DNA of 62,623 bases, filler included, from Basidiobolus meristosporus CBS 931.73 (lineage: Eukaryota; Fungi; Basidiobolomycota): assembly GCA_002104905.1 (NCBI GenBank). It is 2 parts of 2 records of this genome, joined end to end, with 100 filler letters (N's around TTAATTAATTAA, not from the genome) between each part and the next. Parts side by side here need not be neighbours in the genome. Positions count along the whole stretch, not along the records: positions 30,812 to 62,623 come from MCFE01000837.1; 1 more part is not named here. One strand, given 5' to 3'. Position numbers and translations under genes: made by a program. Position 1 is the first letter of the stretch. Each line of letters begins with the position of its first letter. Of the stretch, positions 52,523-62,361 are shown piece after piece. The notes under the pieces are model-generated. The model worked only from the letters and a program-made list of their open reading frames with translations, was not told the DNA's origin and made no database searches.

Positions 52523-53920
52523 TTATTTGTGCTCAACGGAGACAACCTTGCCAAGCATGACAGCGGTGTTACCATCGAGGAAAGCAATACGAGAAAGACC
52601 TTCGCAGTTCTTGAAGCTGTCGACGATAAGGGGTTGGATGGGCTCGAAGACAACCTCGGCGGCCTCGGAAGCCTTGAGGGAGTGGGGGGACTCGAGCTTC
52701 TTACGGCCAGTCTCCTTACCGATCTTCCACTTGAGCTCGGTGATCTTGCAGGCAGCGCGACCGCAACGGACGAAACCAATGGGGGAGTATCCGGGCTTGA
52801 CTTCTCCTGGGATATCGAGGGTTTGGATTTGGGCAGTGAAGTTCTTGACGGGGCGGAGAGTGTTGTCGCTCTTGTAGACCATGACATCACCAGCACGGGG
52901 CATGTTACCCTTGTCAAGACCCTTGATGTTCATACCGACGTTGTCACCGGTTTGGGCGAACTCGACACGCTTGTGGTGCATTTCGACGGTGAACACCTTA
53001 CCGGTACAGGGGTTACCGGCGGTGTGGGTGGGAAGGAAGACAACTTCAGTGTTGGGGGTGACGGTACCTTGCTCGACACGTCCGGCAACGACATCTCCGA
53101 CACCCTTGATCTTGTAGATACCGGAAACGGGAAGACGCATGGCGGCATCAGCGTTACGGGAAGGAAGGACAACCATGTCGTTCAAGGCGGTGAGGAGGGT
53201 CTCGACGTGGATCTTGTCACCGTTTTGGTTGATGACATCTTGTCCCTTCCACCAGGTCATCTTCTCGGACTTCTTCAACAAGTTGTCGCCTTGCCATCCG
53301 GAAATGGGGAGGATAGGAACGGATTGCTCAACGAACTCCTTCTTCCATCCGACCTTGATAAGCATGTTGCGCATCTCATCGCGGATTTCGTTGTAACGGT
53401 CCTCCTTGTAACCGGCGGTATCGGAATCCATCTTGTTGACACCAATGATGAGTTGCTTGACACCGAGAAGGTTGAGGAGACGAGCGTGCTGGCGGGTTTG
53501 GCCTTGGATATCTCCGGCCTTGTGGTCACCCTTTTGGATGGCGGTGGTGAAGTTACCATCGGCGGGGACCATGAGGAGGGCGACATCAGCTTGAGCGGCT
53601 CCGGAAATCATGTTCTTGATGAAATCTCTGTGTCCGGGAGCATCAATGATGGTGTAATGCCACTTCTCGGTGAAGAACTCCTTGGTGGTGCAGGAGATGG
53701 TCACACCACGTTCACGTTCGTCCTTTTGACGATCCATGTAGAAAGCGAAGGCGAAGGAAGACTTACCGAGACGCTCGGCTTCTTGCTTCAACTTGTCCAT
53801 TTCACGCTCGGGGATACCACCGAGCTCGAAAAGAAGACGACCGGTAGTGGTAGACTTACCGGAATCGACGTGACCGCAAATAACGATGGAAAGATGGTTC
53901 TTGTTGTCAGTGGCAGACAT
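52523..53920 (-). CDS. EFL: Elongation factor-like (EFL) GTPase, copy 2
   Basis: Protein identical to copy 1 in the ORF track. Confidence 0.95.
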   Translation of the reverse strand: MSATDNKNHLSIVICGHVDSGKSTTTGRLLFELGGIPEREMDKLKQEAERLGKSSFAFAFYMDRQKDERERGVTISCTTKEFFTEKWHYTIIDAPGHRDFIKNMISGAAQADVALLMVPADGNFTTAIQKGDHKAGDIQGQTRQHARLLNLLGVKQLIIGVNKMDSDTAGYKEDRYNEIRDEMRNMLIKVGWKKEFVEQSVPILPISGWQGDNLLKKSEKMTWWKGQDVINQNGDKIHVETLLTALNDMVVLPSRNADAAMRLPVSGIYKIKGVGDVVAGRVEQGTVTPNTEVVFLPTHTAGNPCTGKVFTVEMHHKRVEFAQTGDNVGMNIKGLDKGNMPRAGDVMVYKSDNTLRPVKNFTAQIQTLDIPGEVKPGYSPIGFVRCGRAACKITELKWKIGKETGRKKLESPHSLKASEAAEVVFEPIQPLIVDSFKNCEGLSRIAFLDGNTAVMLGKVVSVEHK

Positions 53921-55188
53921 GATGAACAAAGTTAAACAATTGTCAAACGACGAACTTTTTGGATGGTGGATGCTAGTGTATTTATTAGACCAGAAGTTGT
54001 AAAAAAAAAATCTTGGGGCATTGCGTCTCGGCCCCTAATATTTTTTTTTCTGGCTAGCTATGGTTACCACAATATGTTCAAGGGATGAGTAAGCTCTTCC
54101 TATATATGGTAGCCCTATTAATGAATCTCTCTATAATCCTATTGTTGATAATTTCAAGTGGCAGTGGTACTAAATTCTAATAGAAAGTATTGCATTTTTT
54201 GCTTATAGAATTGATATCAAATCCAAACTTTGCTGATCGAATCAGTGGCCTCTGTTCAATTTAATTGGGGTTAAAATGATAAGCGTTTCAGTTGAGGGCA
54301 TATCCGCTCAGCGGAAAACACCGTTTGATTTCCGCGCAGCATTATGAAAATTCTCGCCACATCAAATTTCGGTGTCCTATCGTCACTGCCGGAATTATCG
54401 GCCAGGTACGGTTAGTACCGTAAATCAAACAAGAGTTAGATTACTGGTGATAGTAGTGTCCTCAACATTGTCAGCACCCTGTTGATTGCTTTGAGGCGTG
54501 GCCTTGATTAAATAACAATCCACCTACCTGCCCAGAATAAATAACAATTTACTTACCACCTCACGTACTTCCAACCTTCCGAGACATGACCTTTCTTATC
54601 TTTTAATAGTCCCACGTTCCTAATCCATACAAGATAGCTGCACTCCGACACTCTGAAATTGCTAACCAAATACGAGTGGAGTGGTGTTCTCATCGGAACG
54701 GAACGATTCAACATGATTATGGACATCACATGTAAGATGAGCTCATCATAGTTACAGATGTATGATTTTCAACAACAACCGAATCAATTAGAATTCATTG
54801 ACGGATGACGAATCCCCTCACCAAGGATGGTGGGAACAAATTCCCAACATTTCGGATTCTTTATGTCAAACTTAAGCTCAGAATAAGTAACCACATTCTG
54901 TGTTTCCCGAAGGAATCATATGATCCTGAGGTGGTTGGCAAGCAGAGGCCGCTGCGTCACGACGAGTCACACTCACAAGCTGTCAAAAATGCTGCAAGTC
55001 CGCGGTCCATGGCCGTGCCAATCCATCTCTTTCCAGTTCTGCATTCTAGGGTGTTTCTGAAACCGGAGCGGTTAAATGTAGCTCAAGTGCTCCTTTTTCC
55101 CATCGGGGTTATTGATAGTTCAGGGTTTTGTACAAAGCATTAGCATTCTCGTGTGTTTCGATCTTCCTCGTCCTTGGTTTCCTGCTTC

Positions 55189-55196
55189 TATAAATA
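55189..55196 (+). promoter_or_regulatory. TATA box of isocitrate lyase
   Basis: TATAAATA ~80 nt upstream of the ATG at 55269. Confidence 0.5.
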
Positions 55197-55268
55197 CGGG
55201 TGGTCTGTCCAGTCCGTAGTCATTCCACTTCCACTTCCACTCCCACTCCCACTCCACACCTCCCCATT

Positions 55269-56885
55269 ATGAGCAAAAATTTCGATGAACAGTCTCTTTT
55301 CGAAGAGGAGTGCGCTCAAGTTAGGCAGTGGTGGCAATCGGAGCGCTTCGCTCACGTGACCCGTCCCTATTCCGCCGAGTCCATTGTCGCAAAGCGTGGA
55401 TCCCTTCGTATCGAATACCCCTCCAACACAATGGCCCAAAAGCTCTGGAAGATTGTTTCGAACCATTTCCGCAATGGAACTACTTCGCATACCTTTGGTT
55501 CCCTGGACCCTGTGCAAGTTACTCTGATGTCCAAGTATTTGGAAACCATTTACGTTTCAGGATGGCAGAGCTCTTCCACCGCTTCCACTTCCAACGAGCC
55601 AGGCCCCGATCTTGCTGACTACCCTATGGACACTGTGCCCAATAAGGTGGAGCAGCTGTTCCTTGCACAGCAGTTCCACGACCGTAAGCAGCGTGAGCAA
55701 AGACTCAAGTTGGATCCAAAGGTTCGCAGTGCCACCGAAAACCATGACTACCTCAGACCTATCATTGCCGATGCTGATACTGGTCATGGAGGTATCACCG
55801 CTGTCATGAAGCTCGCCAAGATGTTTGTCGAACGCGGCGCCGCCGGTATTCACATGGAGGATCAGGCTCCTGGCACCAAGAAGTGTGGCCATATGGCCGG
55901 AAAGGTTTTGGTTCCCATTTGCGAGCATATTAACCGTCTTATTGCTGCCCGCGTGCAGTTCGATATTATGGGGGTGGACAACCTTATCGTTGCTCGTACT
56001 GATGCCGAGGCCGCCACTCTGATCACCAGCACCATCGATAAACGTGACCATCCCTTCATCTTGGGTACCAGCAACAAACACATCCGCTCTTTGGTGGAAG
56101 TGCTGGATGAGTCCCGTGAGGCAGGTATGACTCCAGGAGAGATTGGCCGCATCGAAGCCCAGTGGATGGACGATGCCCAGTTGAAGACCTATCCTGATGC
56201 AGTTGCCGAGGCTATTCGCCGTTCAGACAAGCCTGGAAAGGAGGATCTCATCAAGGCCTGGTATGCTGAGGTGAATGAGGCCTCCATTACTGAGGCACGC
56301 CGCATTGCGAAGTCCCTCGGTATTCACATTGAGTTCGACTGGGAGAAACCACGCACTGCCGAAGGTTATTACAGGTACCTAGGTGGCAACAAGTGTGGCA
56401 TCGCAAGAGCCACCGCCTTCGCTCCCTATGCGGATCTTTTGTGGATGGAGACAAAGAGCCCAATTATGTCTCAAGCCAAGGAATTCGCTGCTGGTGTTCA
56501 CAAGAAGCATCCATGGGCCAAGCTTGCCTATAACCTCTCCCCCTCGTTCAATTGGGACGCTGCAGGCATGAGTGATCAAGAGATCCGCTCATTCATCTGG
56601 GATCTTGGTCGCTTAGGTTTCTGCTGGCAGTTTATTACTCTGGCAGGTTTCCATTGCAATGCTCTTGGCGTTGACCTCTTTGCTCGTGACTATGCCAAGC
56701 GTGGCATGTTGGCGTACGTTGAAGGTGTCCAGCGCAAAGAACGGGAGTTCGGTGTGGACACATTGCAGCATCAAAAATGGTCAGGCGCATACTATTACGA
56801 TGAACTGATCAACCTAGTTTCAGGTGGCGTAGCATCCACCGCAGCCATGGGCGCGGGTGCTACCGAGGAGCAGTTCAAGCATTAA
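55269..56885 (+). CDS. ICL1: Isocitrate lyase (fungal long form)
   Basis: [53 protein letters not shown]. Confidence 0.97.
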   Translation: MSKNFDEQSLFEEECAQVRQWWQSERFAHVTRPYSAESIVAKRGSLRIEYPSNTMAQKLWKIVSNHFRNGTTSHTFGSLDPVQVTLMSKYLETIYVSGWQSSSTASTSNEPGPDLADYPMDTVPNKVEQLFLAQQFHDRKQREQRLKLDPKVRSATENHDYLRPIIADADTGHGGITAVMKLAKMFVERGAAGIHMEDQAPGTKKCGHMAGKVLVPICEHINRLIAARVQFDIMGVDNLIVARTDAEAATLITSTIDKRDHPFILGTSNKHIRSLVEVLDESREAGMTPGEIGRIEAQWMDDAQLKTYPDAVAEAIRRSDKPGKEDLIKAWYAEVNEASITEARRIAKSLGIHIEFDWEKPRTAEGYYRYLGGNKCGIARATAFAPYADLLWMETKSPIMSQAKEFAAGVHKKHPWAKLAYNLSPSFNWDAAGMSDQEIRSFIWDLGRLGFCWQFITLAGFHCNALGVDLFARDYAKRGMLAYVEGVQRKEREFGVDTLQHQKWSGAYYYDELINLVSGGVASTAAMGAGATEEQFKH

Positions 56886-58179
56886 ACTTAACCATTATAG
56901 CCAGCATGTCACTATCTATATTCCATCCCATCTATCCAACATGTAATTTGCATTAAATAAAAGGTATTTCGATTAATCGAATGTATGAATTCCCGACCCT
57001 CGCAATACCGTAAAATGCGATATTCAGAAAGGGTGCTAAGATATTCTTTTCGTCTACGCTTATGTTGACGCTCTTAAACTACAGAGTAGTAACAAGCCTA
57101 TGGTGCTAAGAGGCTTATGAGCAACACGGATTATAAGCGGTGCCGCACGATAGGTTGCACCGATGCCTAATTTGCTACTTTATACCCTAGCTGCTCAATA
57201 TGGGAAGCACATTATTTATCTGCTCACAAATAATATTATTTGATGTTAGTTACCTTTTTGATGATTGGTTGCTTGAGTATATGTGTATAAATATATTCCT
57301 CTCATTTACCTCTTTAGCATGCAGTAACACTCTTCCCATTTAAATTTCTGATAACAACGCTGCCAACTCAAACAGCAAAACAATGGTTCTAGTAGTTAAA
57401 ATCCGCACTAATCCGCACTAATCCACTGTCTTGGTTACGCACAGCTGATTGAAATATTCCATTTATTTCTTCTATAGTGGGTCTTCAGTCGGTTTTCTGA
57501 ATGATAAACAACTGAGTAACCTGACCATTGCACGGGTGCAAGAAAATCTATTGAAATTCAGTTTTGGCGTAATGCAACTAAGATGACTCGACACATACAT
57601 TCCCCTGGAGAACCACTGGCGGATCTACAGTCCACGACAGGTCTTGATTAACAGCAGAAATCTGTATGGGAATAATGTCATGAAAATGTGCAGAGATAGA
57701 CCGAGATTGCTATAGTTACCGCGAGATGATTATTGCAGCAGTGATACAGAAGTACGTTAGCATTTCACTTGTCACTATCCCCTTGGAGCAGGTTATCAAT
57801 AGCTTCGGGGTGTGACAATAGGTGGGGTGTAACTTACTTGACATTCGCCAATGCATATTCGTTCCAGTCAACATTTGTAAAAGAATAACCTTGACCGTGG
57901 TGCATAATCTCCCACTAGATATTGTGTCCAAATATTTGGAGCCAGGTGGAAAGATGAATGTCCTTACAATACACACCATCTTGAGTGGTCCCGGGAGTTC
58001 CCAGGTTGCTGCAACATACACTTTGCCACCTTCAGCATAGCTCCGAAAGCTATGTTGTGATTGTACATTTCAAAATCCATATACGCACCAGAAGCTAGAA
58101 GCTCAGAAGTAACTGCAATTGGGCCACTAACAAATGTGGTTATAAGGAGAATTGTAAATTTGCCAAATATTGAATGGTA

Positions 58180-58464
58180 CAGAAACTAGGCTCTGCTTAA
58201 CAACGTGGAGGTCACATTTCATTCCAACCTGTTCCTGCACCTAGTGTTGAGCGGGAATCTGCCAAGAATGCCATTGAAGCCACACTTCAATTGGAAAAGG
58301 ATGTCAACAAGTCCATGTTAAACCTCCACAACATCTCTGCCAAGCAAGGTGACCCACGCTTATGTGATTGCTTAGAAGGACACTACCTCACTCAACAAGT
58401 TGAGGCCATCAAGAAAATTTGGATATGCTTATGCAATTGAACTGTGCGGGTGGTGGGGTTAGGA
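58180..58464 (+). pseudogene. Ferritin pseudogene fragment (C-terminal half), truncated at a telomere-like seed
   Basis: QRGGHISFQPVPAPSVERESAKNAIEATLQLEKDVNKSMLNLHNISAKQGDPRLCDCLEGHYLTQQVEAIKKI matches eukaryotic ferritin; frameshifts follow. Not in the ORF track. Confidence 0.88.
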
Positions 58465-58516
58465 GGGGGAAAGACCGTCAACAATAGGTGAAATATTTAT
58501 TTCAGCTGAAACTAAG
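58456..58516 (-). mobile_element. Degenerate 3'-end module of the telomeric retroelement (module 1)
   Basis: GGGTTAGGAGGGGGAAAGACCGTCAACAATAGGTGAAATATTTATTTCAGCTGAAAC is a diverged version of the module at 58871. Confidence 0.7.
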
Positions 58517-58628
58517 ACCCTATGAAAAGTCTCACAGTTAGAATTCATTGGATTTTAGCTGGTGTTTAGCTGGTATGCAGATGGGATTTTTCTGGCCTTT
58601 TGTTAATTTTTTTTCTTAGGTAAAAAGC

Positions 58629-58870
58629 TGTTGTAAGAGTTTGGGAGATTTTGAAAGCATTTAGGAGTGCAGGTAGATTATGTGGCTTTCACTTAATAAT
58701 TTGCTACATGTAAGAGTGATATCATTACATCTATGTGGTCTTGGCAAAAAAAACTGTAGAATATGCTTAGAAAGGTCCTAAGAGCATGTGTACACAGTGT
58801 GTGGCTGTTTGGATAACTAATTGAAGTTTCATATTCAGGGTACCTGATATTTTGGTGAAAATATTTTAAG
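58629..58870. mobile_element. Truncated LTR of the Copia family, cut at the TTAGGG junction
   Basis: Begins TGTTGTAAGAG and aligns with the 350-bp LTR up to ...GTGAAAATATTTTAAG, then switches to TTAGGGTTAGGG. Confidence 0.8.
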
Positions 58871-60693
58871 TTAGGGTTAGGGGGGAGACAGTCACCAACA
58901 GGTGAAATCTTTATTTCAGTTGAAACAAAGAAGCCAGTGCTACTGTTGTAGCTTTGATACAAGAGTGTGTAGCTGAGTGGAATTTGTAGGTAAGTTTACA
59001 AGAAGTGATGATAGTTCTTCAGTGCTCAAGAAACTGTTCAGGGGGAAGGGGGGTAGCAAGAGGGGTAAGAGTGATTTGTGAACAATATTAATGAGGGGAA
59101 TATGATAAGCATTGATATTCATCATAAAGGGAGTGTGCCGCTTCAGATATTGCTGCCAAAGGTCTGTCAAGTACTTCAGGTAGGCCAGCTTGGGTTTTTC
59201 TGACTGCAGAATATAATGAGCAAACTTCTTGACTTCAGGATCTCCAAGTATAGTTCTCCAGCAGGAGCCAGGTGTAGTGTGGTGTGATCTCTTCCAGGTC
59301 TTGATCAGTGGGTTGTTGCAGTGGTGAAGTCTGAGATATAATCTGGTTCTAAGGTAGAGTAGTCTGATCTTAAAGGGCATAAACCCAAAAGCACCAAGAA
59401 TGGCATGTCTGTAGGGGCATTCAGGCAGATGAGGCACCAGGGATGTAATGCACCAGACTGCAAGCTTGTCAAGTTCAGTGCAGTCTCTAGAAGTAAGAGA
59501 GAGAAGTGGTAAGCCAAATTCCAGGACAGGGGAGACAAACTGCCTGAGTAGAAGGAGGCAGCTGGGAGCTGAAGTTATAGGAGGAGTTACAGCCAGTAGC
59601 TTGTGGAGTGCTTGTCTTGCCAGGATAATTCTCTTCTTCAGTTGGGCTCCAGAGTCTAGTCCAGTAGGAAGGAAAGGAAAGCCAAGATATGTAGCAGAAA
59701 CTTGGGCAGGTAGAGTGCAGTTGTCTAAGTTGATAGGACAACCCAAAGGTACTGTCTTTGCAATGGAAAGCTGGAGATTATTCTTCTGCAGATACTGGTG
59801 GATGGACTAGGAGTCTTGTTGCACATTGGAGGAGGATATTCTGATGTCATAAGCAAAGAGAGTAACCAGGCAGTCAGCTGAGAGTCTTGGGAAGTCATTC
59901 AGGAAGATGGCAAACAGCATAGGACCAAGCACAGAGCCTTGAACCACTCCATTAGGAACTGAGAACACAGCTGATTGCTCACTTGGGTGCAGAATTCTTG
60001 CTCAGAGTAGAGCTCCTGAGCAAGCAAAAGCTCAAACACCTTTCTGCTGATGAGCAGCAGAGATATTGGCCTGTAGGAGTTGGGATCCAGGTGCTTTCCT
60101 TTACCCATGTACAGTGGCAGAACATTTGCAAAGGACCATTCCTCAGGAGGAGAAAGTTGAGCTGAGCATTGCTGAAACAGTGGAAGCAGAAGAACAGACA
60201 TGGTCTTTGTACTAGTCTTCAAAAGCTCATAGGAGATTGTGTCCACACCTGGAGCAGTAGAGTTGGGAAGCCTCTTGAGCACATTATGGACTCTCCCTTG
60301 ATCAAGTGCAAGTGGGATGGGCAGAGTCTTGAAGTCAGGATGAAAGCCAGGAGTTGAGTACTGCTTTGTAGAGAAGAAGATGTTAGCCAGCTGTTCTGTT
60401 GAAGGTAACTTCCTGGAAGAGGGCCTCATTGCCCTGTGGAGTCTTGACACTGTTTGTTGTATTCAAGAGAAAAGTATAATAAAACTCTTGAATGAGTTAA
60501 CTGAACCCAAGTGACAACTAAGTGCAGAATCTTAAAATTGTCAAGAGTGCCCAAAATATTAGCAGAGAGGTTCTGGTCTAATATTGGTCTTGGATATAGC
60601 TGGGTTGGCTATAAAGACAATGATATTTGTTTGCTAGGCAGGCTAGGCTTGGTGTTCTTTGGAGTGCTAGATATACTAGGCTTGGATAGAAAC
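58871..60693 (-). mobile_element. Telomere-associated non-LTR (LINE-type) retroelement, 5'-truncated, with defective RT (module 2)
   Basis: TAPGVDTISYELLK, EEWSFANVLPLYMGKG, YRPISLL..RKVFE, GVVQGSVLGPMLF, LFAYDI, TYLGF. The 3' end reads AATAAA-stem-loop-CCCCC-CTAACCCTAA on the sense strand. Confidence 0.9.
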
Positions 60694-60793
60694 TAGGGTT
60701 AGGGGGGAGACAGTCACCAACAGGTGAAATCTTTATTTCAGTTGAAACAAAGAAGCCAGCGCTACTGTTGTAGCTTTGATACAAGAGTGTGTA
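60694..60793 (-). mobile_element. ~100-nt 3'-end module of the same retroelement (module 3)
   Basis: TAGGGTTAGGGGGGAGACAGTCACC...CAAGAGTGTGTAG; one substitution seen against 58871-58970. Confidence 0.9.
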
Positions 60794-61312
60794 GGGGAGG
60801 AAAGTCACCAAGTGGTGAAATCTTTATTTACTTATGACAAGTATCTAAAGAAGCCAAGTTAATCTGAAGTAATTCCTAGAAAGCTAGGTCTGAGAGATAT
60901 CTTCCTGGTAAGCCAGGTCTGAGAGTTGAGAAGCTAAGTGGTACTCTATTTCCTAGTTAGCTAGGTCTGAGAGAGGTTTCCTGGAAAGCCAGGCCTGAGA
61001 AGTGAGAATCTGAATATATCTGAGCTAAGTTATACTGGTTTGCGGTAGCTGAATTGTGGCCGGAATGGCCAGTAGACTGGGGGAACTGAGAGGAATTTCT
61101 GGGCGATCACTGGCCAAATTTACTAGGCAAATCTGGCCAATTAGCATTTCAAGGATTTCAGCCAATCAGAGCCTTTACTTTGCCTGATGGTTGATCAAGC
61201 CATCTCCCAATGAGCACACATCAATTTATTAATCAAATTTTGCTGGATCCAGGATTTGAACCCACAACCATGGGTATGGAAGGGTTAGGGATAACCACAA
61301 GGCTAAGTGTTC
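60793..61312 (-). mobile_element. Putative tRNA-derived SINE with a LINE-related 3' tail (module 4)
   Basis: Minus strand: A-box-like TAGCCTTGTGGTTA and B-box GGTTGTGGGTTCAAATCC (head 61241-61312); body with an internal ~80-bp duplication; tail (60793-60856) sharing AGTCACC-N4-GGTGAAATCTTTATTT...AAAGAAGCCA with the LINE; no TTTT on the sense strand. Confidence 0.6.
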
Positions 61313-61960
61313 TTGGTTAGGGTGTAGGTGTTATAGTAAGGGCTAGGAAAAGGTTAGAAGAGCAGGGGGTCTGGGGGACGCAGTCCCCTAGAGAATAAAA
61401 AAGCAGGGGGTTTGGGGGATGCAATCCCCCATACTGCTCTTATACTCTTTAAATTCCCGTTGGATTACTTTTCTCTCATTCTTGGTTCTGGTCCCTTAGG
61501 GTTAGAATTCCTCCTCCTAACCCTTATCACCCTAACCATAAATATTTTTACCCTACAATTGGCACATTGTCTGCTCATATGGTGGGCATGTCTGGGCCAA
61601 TATTTGTCTCCCTATACTGTCCATACACTCTGTATAAGTCTTGATGACTATTTAATTAATAAATTGTTATTTTTAATATATATCTAATAATTAATGGGAT
61701 TCATCCCAATCTGACCACAATCCCATATTTTGATAAGCTTCGGGCACCATAAATTGCGCGGCCCTAATATGATAAAAAAATTCATGGCCAATACAAATTT
61801 TCTGTAACCCGATTGCTTTTACCAAATATAAAGTGTATCCAAAAGTTCAATATATATTATGGCTATAATAGAAACTTTATTGGACACCATCGCAACTACT
61901 ATTTATGTTCTATGCGCACATGTATCCCGCGGGAATTGTAAAACTTAGCCACGTGGTACA

Positions 61961-62309
61961 AAAGTGCTTTAATTTTTCATCATGATAGTTTTACATGAGT
62001 TCCTAACGCACTTTGAAAGTACGCAGTAGCCATACCCCAACAGGTTTTAAGGATGTCCACTAGCTACGTCTACTTGTGTCTATCGGGAGCCATCAATCAT
62101 CAGCCGCGCAATACTGAAATGCTTTTATTTTTCATCATGCTAGTTTTGTATGAATCCCTAACGCACTTTCATAGTGCGCGGTAACCATACCCCAACAGGT
62201 TTTAAGGATACCCACTTGCTACGTTTACTTGTGTCTAGCGGGAGTCATCAATCATCAGCCGCGCGGTAAAAAAGTGCTTTTATTTTTCATCATGATAGTT
62301 TTACATGAG
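61961..62309. repeat. Subtelomeric 155-bp tandem repeat, ~2.25 copies
   Basis: AAAGTGCTTT at 61961 and 62271; CATACCCCAACAGGTTTTAAGGAT at 62031 and 62186. Confidence 0.9.
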
Positions 62310-62361
62310 TTAGGGGGGAGACAGTCACCAACAGGTGAAATCTTTATTTCAGTTGAAACAA
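62310..62361 (-). mobile_element. ~52-nt terminal 3'-end stub of the retroelement (module 5)
   Basis: TTAGGGGGGAGACAGTCACCAACAGGTGAAATCTTTATTTCAGTTGAAACAA, matching modules 2 and 3, directly followed by the telomere. Confidence 0.92.

Noticed and set aside
55069-55079. CSRE-like CGGTTAAATGT upstream of ICL
   Set aside because: Single imperfect match to an ascomycete motif; too short to support.
57600-58100. Exon-like minus-strand segment (HGQGYSFTNVDWNEYALANVK followed by GTAAGT)
   Set aside because: May be a gene relic, but it has stops and no recognisable family.
58871-60693. Penelope-like (Coprina/Athena) identity for the telomeric element
   Set aside because: The architecture is similar, but the RT motifs (APGxD, YRPISLL, QGSVLGP) are non-LTR type, and I found no hammerhead core in the repeated ends.
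61281-61290. CCCTAACCC inside a Pol III-like head as a telomerase RNA template
   Set aside because: Only 9 nt, within degenerate telomeric sequence; no pseudoknot or other telomerase RNA structure recognised.
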